DNA of 64,000 nucleotides, taken from assembly GCF_048593235.1 (NCBI RefSeq), contig NC_133620.1, forward strand, positions 437,253,261-437,317,260. The letters are read 5' to 3'. The position numbers and the translations under genes were made by a program. The notes beneath the pieces were generated by a model. The model saw only the letters and a program-made list of their open reading frames with translations, was not told where the DNA came from and made no database searches. The first letter of the stretch is position 1. Every line of letters starts with the position of its first letter. The DNA comes from Sminthopsis crassicaudata. Taxonomy: Eukaryota. This document shows positions 1 to 9,338 of this stretch, one piece after another.

Positions 1-479
1 ACCTTGTATTTTAATCATATACTATAAAGAAAGAAATACACAAAAGGGGTTTTTTTCACTTCAAAATTCTTTTACTTTACTTATAACACAGTTACATGGG
101 AATTGGCAGAATTTCTTCCACAATGGAAAGTCTCTGTAAGACTCTGGGCCAGCACGACTGGAAAGCCCTTATTCCAGGCTTATAGACATTGTTAGTTGTT
201 TAATTTTATAATCTTGGGCAGTGTCTACTGCCTCAAGCCCTGGCACTTCACATAACCCAGAAAAACTCCCAATTTTCCCTCCATATAGGTCTGTTTTTAA
301 GTCTGGGTGGGAAAGGGAAACTAAAGTATAGTTAAGAAAACTGTTTTCAATTTTCGTAAGACTAATCAGTGATAGAAAAAGAACCAGCATTGAGAGTGAA
401 AATAAGGAGGCAAGAGAAAGTAAAAGGAGAAGAGAGTAGGAAACATTTTAGGAATTCAGTTTATTGAGAACATGGAGTA

Positions 480-725
480 TGCAAAATGTTGTGATATAAA
501 ATGAGGCAGGAATGGGTAGGGAGATACTGGACTATACGAGGTTCTTAACTGCTAGGCCAAGGGATTTGTGCTTAATCCTACAGACAGTGAGCACCCACTG
601 GTGATTTTGGAGTAGAAGAATGACATGACTTGTGAATCAGACAATTATTTTTGCAGCTTTGTCAATGGAGTATTAGAGATGGAGAGAGATGAATTAGGAG
701 ACTATTATAATAATCCTAGCAAGAT
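480..725 (-). mobile_element. L2 LINE relic
   Basis: Degenerate similarity to recalled L2 3' region; boundaries approximate. Confidence 0.45.
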
Positions 726-807
726 ACACAGATGTATGTACTCCAGAAAATACTCCCCCAAAGATTCGTGCACAATTTAAACATATAAACATATGCTAGC
801 TAGTCAA

Positions 808-960
808 TTAGGAAGCACAGAGTATAGAATGTTGGACCTGGAGTCAGGAAAACCTGAATTCAAATCCTACTTTCAGATGGTTATTAGTTATGTGAACCTG
901 GGCAAATCATTTAAGCTTTATTTGTCACAGTTTCCTCAACTATAAAATGGGGGTAATAAC
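808..960 (+). mobile_element. MIR-family SINE
   Basis: ggacctggagtcaggaaaacctgaattcaaatcct..cagtttcctcaactataaaatggggg core. Confidence 0.75.
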
Positions 961-1366
961 AGGGCTAAGCAACATCAAATATATTAACATGGCAAAAACA
1001 GTATGTTACATCTAAACTAATTTTAATGCCATGATTTAAATATTATTGTGAGGAAATGAAATATCATATTATTATATGACATCATTTTATTTTTATTATT
1101 ATTATACATTCGTTTTATGTAAAAGAACATGCTTGTCCTTTATCTTTTTGGGGGCGAACTCAATCTCACTGACATTTGTGAAGAGTTCAGTAATTCTCAA
1201 CATATTTCCTTTGATAAGAGACCAAGGAACTTAAAGCAGGATGAGCCTTGGACTTATGTTTGAGGAGCAAAAGAGAGACAGGAAAGAAATGGCGGCCAAG
1301 AATTAACTTTGATGTTCAGTTGTTGGAAAATTGATGTTCAGTGTACACCTGCTTTCTAAACCAAGA

Positions 1367-1369
<3 letters not shown>

Positions 1370-1402
<33 letters not shown>
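1370..1402 (+). repeat. (A)33 homopolymer
   Basis: Direct observation. Confidence 0.95.
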
Positions 1403-1406
<4 letters not shown>

Positions 1407-2274
1407 TTACGTTATTCCTTTATTTTGATATTGCCCCTGCTGGGGGAAGTAAGAAAGCTCTCTCTGGTTGCCACTCTGATGTAGTACTGTGAAAGCTTTT
1501 AAATTGCCATGAGAAAATGGAAAATGAAAAACATCAAATACTGCTTCAGATATTTATCTAATACACTGTGGTGAGTGATGGTAAGTGTCATCCTCTGTTT
1601 TGGGGATAACACAAGGAGCCTAGTGTGGTTAGCAAAGCAGAGAAAACCTCACTCTCTTAAGAGGCATGTGTAAGGAGGTGGTAGCTTGGAAAATAAGAAT
1701 TCAGAATGTTCCCTTGCTTGCTTTAGTACTTGCTATTAATTCTGCTTTGTTTTGAGTAAATGCTTTGCTTTAGTTGGGTGTCATGTGACTTATGCTGGCT
1801 CATCAGGAGAAAGTCAGTAAAAATGGGAATTTGTGAGTTGATGGACTCAAATAGATGGCCACCCACTTAGTACCACAGACCCAGAAGGAGGAGACAACAG
1901 GAGATCCCATTAGGAGTGCTGCACAGAATGCATATAAAAACACACATGCAAATAGGTAGTAATATGCAGATACATGCGAACTATTTGGGTTTGTGTGTCT
2001 GTGTGCTAAGGACTTCACTGAAATAAATGCCCGTTATTAAAAAATCTTTGTTCATGTGATAAATGTCCCTAGAATCCACTAACAATTTTTTTAAAAAAGA
2101 AATACTATTTTAAAAACTTTTATCAGCTGCTTTTTGCTTCAAAATGGCTGTCTGTGAAGTCAAACCTGACTTGTCACCATGCTTTTCTCACTTTATGTCT
2201 CTGGACCTCAGTGTCTTTAGCTGTAAGAAGAGGGGTTGACCAACAACAATACTATATGATGATCAGTTCTGATG

Positions 2275-2350
2275 TGTTAGGATTACTAGGTGAGAAAGGT
2301 TGTCTGGATAGTGACAAGGTGAGAATTCAGGTTGGACAATTACAAGGTGA
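2275..2350 (+). repeat. 5' LTR remnant (first 76 bp of U3 only)
   Basis: Identical to 4752-4827 over 76 nt, then switches abruptly to leader sequence. Confidence 0.93.
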
Positions 2351-2404
2351 ATTTTCCAGTGGAAAAGCTTCCAATCTAGATCTCAGTCTCTCTGACCCAG
2401 AACC

Positions 2405-2410
2405 GTGAGT
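2405..2410 (+). promoter_or_regulatory. Putative retroviral major splice donor (CC|GTGAGT)
   Basis: Consensus GTGAGT in the leader about 100 nt upstream of the gag ATG, the usual position. Confidence 0.6.
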
Positions 2411-2506
2411 AACGAGGAAACTTTGTTAAAGATTAAGTGAGCGTGCTAATAGATAAATAAGGAACTTAACTTGTTAAGGGCTAAACCAGGAATCTCTTAT
2501 AGTGAA

Positions 2507-4255
2507 ATGGGGCAAACACCTTCTGTTCAAGGAAAATGTTTGGAGAGCATCATCAAGGTTATGAAAAGCCAAGGATTGATTATAATTTTGGAAGAGATTA
2601 CTGAACTTTTAAGAACTGTGAAGGTCATATATCCTTGTTTCTCTCTGGAAAAAGAATTGGATCCAGATGAGTGGAAATTAGTAGGAGAGCAATTAGGTGA
2701 ACACTACAATTGTCTTTGTGACATTTTACCCTTTGGTTCCAGACCAAACTCAGTTTCCAAAGATACAATTCATACCTACAATTTAATCCAAATGGCTTTA
2801 AAAAATGTTATTCTAAAGGAAGAGATGAAGGAGCAAAATGGGGAAGTGTCAACTAAACTAGGTGAAAAGGATGAATCAGATAACAATGAAGTTAAGTACA
2901 ATTCTGAGCAACAGCAACAGGAGCACCTCCCATCTCCTCCCTCAATTAACCCTTCAGGGGTGGAGCAAGAAGGAGGAGAGGAAGAGGCAGAAACACAAAC
3001 AGAATTGTCTGTGAAGCAGTCTAAGCCTATGACAAGATTAGAAAAAGCATTGGTTAAAGCTAAAAAAGAAGGACAGGATATAAGTGATTTTATACATGCA
3101 TATCCTGTGATTGAAAATATTGACTCTGTAGGTAAAAAAAGGAGAAGATATGCACCTTTAGATTTGAATAAAATTAAGGATTTGAAAAAAGGTTGTACCC
3201 TTTATGGGGCTACATCAGCTTATGTCAAAATGTTACTAGATGGTTTGTCTTATGAAGTCCTAACCCCGAATGATTGGAAATCCATAGCTAGGACATGTCT
3301 GGAACCTGGAGAAAATTTATTATGGCTTGCGGAATTTCATGAATTATGTAAAATTCAAGTCAGATGCAATTTGGAAATAGGAGTTAACACACAATTCACT
3401 TTTGAGCACTTAGCTGGTGAAGGTCAGTATGGAGAGAATTCGGAACAGATTAATTATACCATGACAATATATGAGCAAATTGCTAAGGCTGCAATAAAAG
3501 CTTGGGGTGTCCTCCCTGGACAGAAAGATTGCGGAAAGGCTTTCACTAAAATACAGCAAGGTCCCAATGAACCTTTTGCAGATTTTGTGGGACGTTTGCA
3601 AACTGCTGTCAAAAGAACTATTGGAGAAAATGCAGCTACAGAAATAATGACCAGACATCTGGCTAAGGAAAATGCCAATGAGATTTGCAAAAGAATTATA
3701 TGGGGATTAGACAAAGATGCTCCTTTAGAGGAGATCATAAGATGCTGTGCTACAGTGGGAACAAATGCTTTTTACACCCGGACAATGATGAATGTGGAAA
3801 GGCAGGGTCCCTCCTGTCAAGGGACTTCTAGAGAAACTCGGCGATGTTTTCAATGTGGAAAAATTGGACATCTAAGAGCTCAGTGTAGGTATGGAGATAC
3901 AGTGAAAAGACAGGGTGAGAGAAGACCTAAAACCCCATGTCCAAAATGCAACAGAGGACTCCATTGGGCATCAGAGTGTAGAATAATTCAGGGAAATGGG
4001 ATGAGGGGCCCAGGTCCAGGGCCCCAGGCAAAAAAGACTTGGGGCATGATGGCAGCTGATGTTACACCCAAAGAACCTTTAGAAGGTCAGGACTTTGATT
4101 TGATCAACCAGGAGAAAAGCAATCACATGGCAGAAAGGGATTACCCAATCAGTCAGCCAAAAGGCAATCAGATTGCAAAAATGGATTACACTTGGGGAGA
4201 ATACAGGCCTTTTAAACCAACAGGGCTGTGTCCAGTGCAAACAATTCCAATGTAA
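2507..4255 (+). CDS. gag: Betaretrovirus-like Gag polyprotein, 582 aa, uninterrupted (MA, spacer, CA, NC, tail)
   Basis: MGQTPS myristoylation motif (G2, S6); CA start AYPVIE; major homology region QGPNEPFADFVGRL (about 3557-3598); two intact CCHC knuckles CFQCGKIGHLRAQC (3845-3886) and CPKCNRGLHWASEC (3938-3979). The ORF-track start at 2471 is an upstream TTG. Confidence 0.95.
   Translation: MGQTPSVQGKCLESIIKVMKSQGLIIILEEITELLRTVKVIYPCFSLEKELDPDEWKLVGEQLGEHYNCLCDILPFGSRPNSVSKDTIHTYNLIQMALKNVILKEEMKEQNGEVSTKLGEKDESDNNEVKYNSEQQQQEHLPSPPSINPSGVEQEGGEEEAETQTELSVKQSKPMTRLEKALVKAKKEGQDISDFIHAYPVIENIDSVGKKRRRYAPLDLNKIKDLKKGCTLYGATSAYVKMLLDGLSYEVLTPNDWKSIARTCLEPGENLLWLAEFHELCKIQVRCNLEIGVNTQFTFEHLAGEGQYGENSEQINYTMTIYEQIAKAAIKAWGVLPGQKDCGKAFTKIQQGPNEPFADFVGRLQTAVKRTIGENAATEIMTRHLAKENANEICKRIIWGLDKDAPLEEIIRCCATVGTNAFYTRTMMNVERQGPSCQGTSRETRRCFQCGKIGHLRAQCRYGDTVKRQGERRPKTPCPKCNRGLHWASECRIIQGNGMRGPGPGPQAKKTWGMMAADVTPKEPLEGQDFDLINQEKSNHMAERDYPISQPKGNQIAKMDYTWGEYRPFKPTGLCPVQTIPM
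3991..4025 (+). promoter_or_regulatory. gag-pro type -1 ribosomal frameshift signal
   Basis: Slippery heptamer G GGA AAT (3991-3997) in correct phase, 7-nt spacer, perfect 7-bp stem GGGGCCC (4005-4011)/GGGCCCC (4019-4025); same position as betaretroviral QGN..RG motif. Confidence 0.72.
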
Positions 4256-4259
4256 TTGC

Positions 4260-4509
4260 CAGATGATGAGAAGAGATTTACAAAGTGGTAAATAGAAGGT
4301 AATTAGATAGGTTAACTGCCTGGGGGAGAGGGTTTGCTTGTATTTCTTCAGCAGGAGAAGGAATCAAATGGGTGCCAACGAGTCATATTCGCCTTGTCCA
4401 TCAGAGAGAGACAGAAAAAGAGAAAAGACCTCAAAATAAAGGAGAAGATCTAAGAAACATCCTACACCGAAAGAGCATGGATAATAACAAGACTGTTAAA
4501 GAACTTTAA
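4260..4509 (+). pseudogene. pol: Integrase C-terminal domain relic
   Basis: QMMRRDLQSGK*K then frameshift, then LDRLTAWGRGFACISSAGEGIKWVPTSHIRLVH; WGRGFAC..W.P is the betaretroviral IN C-terminal motif; stop at 4507-4509. Confidence 0.85.
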
Positions 4510-4735
4510 AAACCAGCAGGAATCATTGGACTTCCTCACACAAGATGAGACTAATGGACAATGGACTTATGGACATTTATAAATTTTCAATTTATGATTA
4601 TTTGATTATGTTATTTGTCATATACTTCTAGCATGTATTATGTTACTATGTTACTATGTGCTTATGTAATTTATGTAATTATGTGTAATACTTCCCATAT
4701 TGATGTATGATGATGACTGTCCTATGTTCTAAATC

Positions 4736-4751
4736 AAAAGAAAGGGGGAGA
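4736..4751 (+). promoter_or_regulatory. Polypurine tract
   Basis: AAAAGAAAGGGGGAGA immediately 5' of the LTR TG. Confidence 0.92.
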
Positions 4752-5175
4752 TGTTAGGATTACTAGGTGAGAAAGGTTGTCTGGATAGTGACAAGGTGAG
4801 AATTCAGGTTGGACAATTACAAGGTGAGAACTCAGGTTGACTTGATAGTCCTCTGGCTCAGATTCTTAAGAGGAGCAAGCTCATTGGTTGGAGTACTTCT
4901 TCCCAGAAGCCCTTGCATTATCCCATGCCCATTCTCTGGGAGGATAAAAGAGGACAGCACTCCAGAAAGAGAAGAAGACTCTGCATTGCATCAGGCTTGA
5001 CGGGGCTCTCTGCAGGAAGGGAAGTCACTTCTCTGGACAAGAGTTAACAGCAACTGCCTGGAGACAACGGTTCACTACAGGAAGAAGAATCTGTCGGAGA
5101 GATTTGAGTAGAAGACACAGCAGATCTCTTCCCAGAGAGTGATCCGGCAGCTTCTAGAGACGACAGCTCACTACA
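4752..5175 (+). repeat. 3' LTR, 424 bp
   Basis: TGTTAGG..CTCACTACA; three imperfect GGTGAGAA..AGGTTG units in U3, ATTGG (inverted CCAAT) and a GATAAAAG TATA-like motif. Confidence 0.93.
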
Positions 5176-6139
5176 ATGATGGACATGATTCTCTTCGACA
5201 ATTGAATGATTTAAACCAGTTCCAATTGTTCAGTTATGAAGAGAATCAGCTGCACCCAGAGGGAGAACTATGGAAATGAGTGTGGACCACAATATAACAT
5301 TTCCACTCTTTCTCTTATTGTTTGCTTGCATTTTTGTTTTCCTTCTCAGGTTTTTTTTTTACCTTCTTTCTAGATCTGATTTTTCTTGTGCAACAAGATA
5401 ACTACAAATATGTATACATATATTGTATTTAACATATACTTTAACATATTTAACATGTATTAGACTACCTGCCATCTAGGGGAGGGAGTGGGGGGAAGGA
5501 AGGGAAAAGTTGGAAAACAAGGCTTTGTAAGAGTCAATTTTGAAAAATGACCCATGCATATTCTTATAAATAAAAAGCTATAATAATTTTTTTAAAAAGA
5601 GGGGTTTGAATTAGATGAATTTTAAGATCTCCTGTGGCTCAAAAAACTCTGAATTCAATCTTAAATCTCACATTAAACTTAAGATGTATCAGAAGCATAA
5701 ATGGTTTCTCAACTTTAATATAAAACAGTAGATAAGAATAAAGAAAAGGGGGTAAAGTTGGTCTCAGATCCTAGGAATAGGGATGGTTGATGGAAGGAGT
5801 AAAGGAGATAGTGAATTGGAGAAGAATAATGCTGATAAAAATAATTAAAGTAGCATTTCTATAGTGCTTTGAGGTTTGCAAAGCACTCAAGAAATATTAC
5901 TTTGTTTGATCCTTATAACAAGGATATGTGTAATTATTATTATTGTTTCTATTTTACAAATGAAGAAACTGAGATAAAGTATTGTTTAATATCTGAAGAT
6001 CTTAGTAACTTAGCTTCCTGTTAAAGTGAGTTTGTTTGGGACAGAGAAAGTGATGGCAAAGATTGTTTTTCTCTAGATTATAGGGTACCTCTCCATATTT
6101 TCCTATTCCATTTACCATCTTTTGAATATATATATCTTA

Positions 6140-6361
<222 letters not shown>

Positions 6362-6438
6362 TTAATTAAAGGATACAATGAAAATATCTCCTTTAATTTT
6401 AAAAGAAAGATTTTTGGGGCTGTCTTTTTAAATACTAC

Positions 6439-6587
6439 CTGGGGACATGTTCACCATAAATTTGAAGAGGATTTTTTTCTATTTTATCAGGCATCAAACT
6501 GTCATAATCTTCACTTTCCTCCTCTATAGTCTCCTCCTCTAAGCTTGCTTCTGGGACAACAGTTGATATGGTGCCATCGACCATGAC
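6439..6587 (-). CDS. SPAG17: SPAG17 coding exon, VMVDGTISTVVPEASLEEETIEEESEDYDSLMPDKIEKNPLQIYGEHVP(R)
   Basis: ctcttag|GTC acceptor, CCAG|gtagta donor, 149 nt, phase 0 to 2. Confidence 0.94.
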
Positions 6588-7446
6588 CTAAGAGTGAAGT
6601 AATATACAGAGGGTAATAAAAGACTTGATTAACAAAGAACATGCTAACAAGATATTTTTGTTCACTCAACTTGAGAAAGTAGGGCATCTTTTAACATTGG
6701 GGAAGCCCTGGTTTCTATTTAGGTAAGATATTCTTTATAGCAACCAACTTTACTTGTCAAGTTTCATTAATTTGCAAGTTTAAATCAATAAGATAATTTG
6801 AACATCAACTTTGAATTGATTTGGGGAACAGTAAATAGGCAGACTCAAGTGAAATTAATCCTTATTCAATGAAAATTAGGTGATATTATTATAAAGGATA
6901 TGATTTCAGGGGCTCAGGAAAGATTCTATAGTAACCTTTGCATTGAACATCTGCCCTAAGTTCAGAATTAGGATAGATTAACTAAGCAGCAAAATCAAAG
7001 GACAGATAATGAGGGTAGTGTTGTTGCTAACCAGGCAATATCTGGGATACGGCATAATAGAAAATAGATTCCCAGTCATAAAAATAATTGTTTATGATTT
7101 TAAAAAATATTATGTGAGTAGTGAAGAACAAAGGACAAGGAAAAGGAAGATTTGGAGCAGGAATATATGAGTCTTAGTAAATGTAAATTTAAATAAGTAA
7201 ATGTAATTTTACCCATTCCTTCTGTTCTGTTGACATAAATTGAAACCTCTGTTCTTTTCCATCCTTTTTCTTCTCTCATTTGTGTATCTGGTCTTGAAAA
7301 CTTTTGACATCCATTTTGCCTCTGGCCATGTATGTGTGTATGTATGTGTGTGCATCTCTGTATATGGGGATGTCACACTTGGGAATAAAATGAAACATAT
7401 CAGCCTTCTACAATTCTTAATTTATAAGATTTTAGGATCAAAATTA

Positions 7447-7686
<240 letters not shown>

Positions 7687-7792
7687 CTAGAAAGAAGACA
7701 GGAAGAGAAAAAAAAATCTGTTTTTATTACTTTTTAAAGAATCTTGGAACTCACTATTAGAACAAAGTTTATCAAATTCATTAGCCACAAAC

Positions 7793-8739
7793 TTGTTTTT
7801 TTAAAATAACAAGTTTTTTTTCAAAATAAAAAGATAATTTTCAACATTCAACCTTGCAAAACTTTGTCACAAATTTCTCTCCCTCCCTCCACTAGACAGC
7901 AAGTAATCCAAAATAGGTTAAACATGTGCAATTATTCTAAATATATTTTCACATTTATCATGCTGCACAAGGAAAATCAGATCAAAAAGGGGGGAAATGA
8001 GAATGAATAAAAAAGCAAACAACAACAACAAAAAGATGGAAATATTATGTTGCGATTAACATTCAGTGTAGATAGTCCTCTTTTTTCAGATGGCTCTTTC
8101 CATCACAAGTCTATTGCAATTGTCCTGAATCACTTCATTGTTGAAAAAACCAAGTCCATCACAGCTGATCATCACATAATCTTGTTGCTGTGTATGGTGT
8201 TCTCTTGGTTCTACTCACTTATTTTTGCATCAATTCATGCAAGTTTCTCCAAGCCTTTCTGAAATCAGACTCCTTTCTATAAAAAAAGTCATTTCTTATA
8301 GAACAATAATATTCTATTGCATTCATATGTCATAACTTATTCAGCCATTCCCCAACTGATGGTCAGCCACTCAGTTTCCAGTTTCTTGATGCTACAAAAA
8401 GGCTGCTATAAACATTTTTGCTCATGTGAATCCTTTTCTCTTTTTTATGATCTTTTTGGCATACAGACCCTGGTAGAGACACTGCTGGACCAAAAAATAT
8501 GCACAGTTTGATAGTCTTTTGGTCATAGTTATAACTTGTTCTCCAGAATGGTTAAATCATTTACAACTCCACCAACAATGTGTTAATATTCCAGTTTCCC
8601 ATATCCCCTCCAACATTTATCATTATCTTTTCTTGTCATCGTGGCCAATCAGAGAAGTGTAAAGTGTTACCTTAGAGTTATCTTAATTTGCATTACTCTA
8701 ATCAGTAGTGATTTAGAGCATTATTCCATATGACAAGAA
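7793..8739 (-). mobile_element. Old 5'-truncated L1 (ORF2 end plus 3' UTR), sense to SPAG17
   Basis: Homologous to the young L1 at 9339-11419 but degraded; 13-bp TSD ATTAGCCACAAAC at 7780-7792 and 8740-8752. Confidence 0.88.
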
Positions 8740-9338
8740 ATTAGCCACAAACCACTAGGTATTATGCTGTGCCCTAAATATCAAATAGCTCTGGGGTTTG
8801 GGGTTCACAAGCTTCCCCCTCCCAAATTCTAGCCTCTTTCTGTTTTTCCATGTGGGGAGGGGAGACACAGGGACAAACATAAATTCAGAAAGTACAGTCA
8901 CTGACTTCCCTTGTCATATTTTTTGATCTTGGTGTCACTCACAAATGCACCATTCCCATGTTTATAAACGGTGAAATCTCTTTACTTGATCACAATATAC
9001 TGCCATTCCACTTCTCCTTCTGCCACAAACACCAAACACTATACTTTAATCCATCTTTACTGAGACTTCTAATCCTTTGAACATTCAATTTTTCCCAGGC
9101 CATCACATGAATACTTTCTATATATTTTACATTTCCCCATCTTTACCATTTGGTGAACCAGTTCAGTTTTATATTACCCTGGAGTCCCTTGCCTCCTTGT
9201 GCCCTGCTAAGCTTGGATCACTCCCATATTATTATTATACCTATGCTATTGAACAAAGATGGAGAAAAATATCCAATCATTTACTATAAGTTTATATTAC
9301 ACAACCTCAGCTGTGCCTTCACTGCTGGTAGGCAATTC

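Larger units (their letters stand above)
2275..5175 (+). mobile_element. Class II (betaretrovirus-like) endogenous retrovirus, internally deleted: partial 5' LTR, leader, gag, integrase C-terminal relic, UTR, PPT, 3' LTR
   Basis: TG..CA termini; 6-bp TSD CTGATG (2269-2274) / ATGATG (5176-5181) with one mismatch; gag domains; purine tract before the 3' LTR. Confidence 0.95.
2238..5596 (+). mobile_element. 5'-truncated L1 3' end (pieces about 2238-2274 and 5176-5596) interrupted by the ERV and itself inserted in a MIR
   Basis: caacaacaatactatatgatgatcagttctgatg continues after the ERV as ..gacatgattctctt..tgagtgtggaccac..ggggagggagtggggggaagg..aataaaaagc, a marsupial L1 ORF2 end/3' UTR; TSD AAGAGGGGTT at 2228-2237 and 5597-5606. 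Confidence 0.88.

Noticed and set aside
1286-1297. YY1-like GAAATGGCGGCC motif upstream of the promoter-less provirus
   Set aside because: A single motif about 1 kb away with no CpG island or other promoter evidence.
2360-2377. TGGAAAAGCTTCCAATCT as a possible primer-binding site
   Set aside because: It starts with TGG but is not complementary to any tRNA 3' end I recognise, and it does not follow an LTR end.
3410-3738. Two antisense ORFs inside gag
   Set aside because: Short shadow frames of a purine-rich coding strand; no recognisable product.
4130-4200. PKGNQIAKM in the Gag tail resembling the dUTPase RIAQL motif
   Set aside because: Only a few residues match, other dUTPase motifs are absent, and the segment looks like a local imperfect duplication (NHMAERDY / NQIAKMDY).
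4809-5000. Similar short ORFs at 2154-2408, 4809-5000 and 39818-40152 that look like a small gene family
   Set aside because: The similarity comes from shared LTR sequence; starts are non-ATG or weak and there is no domain signal.
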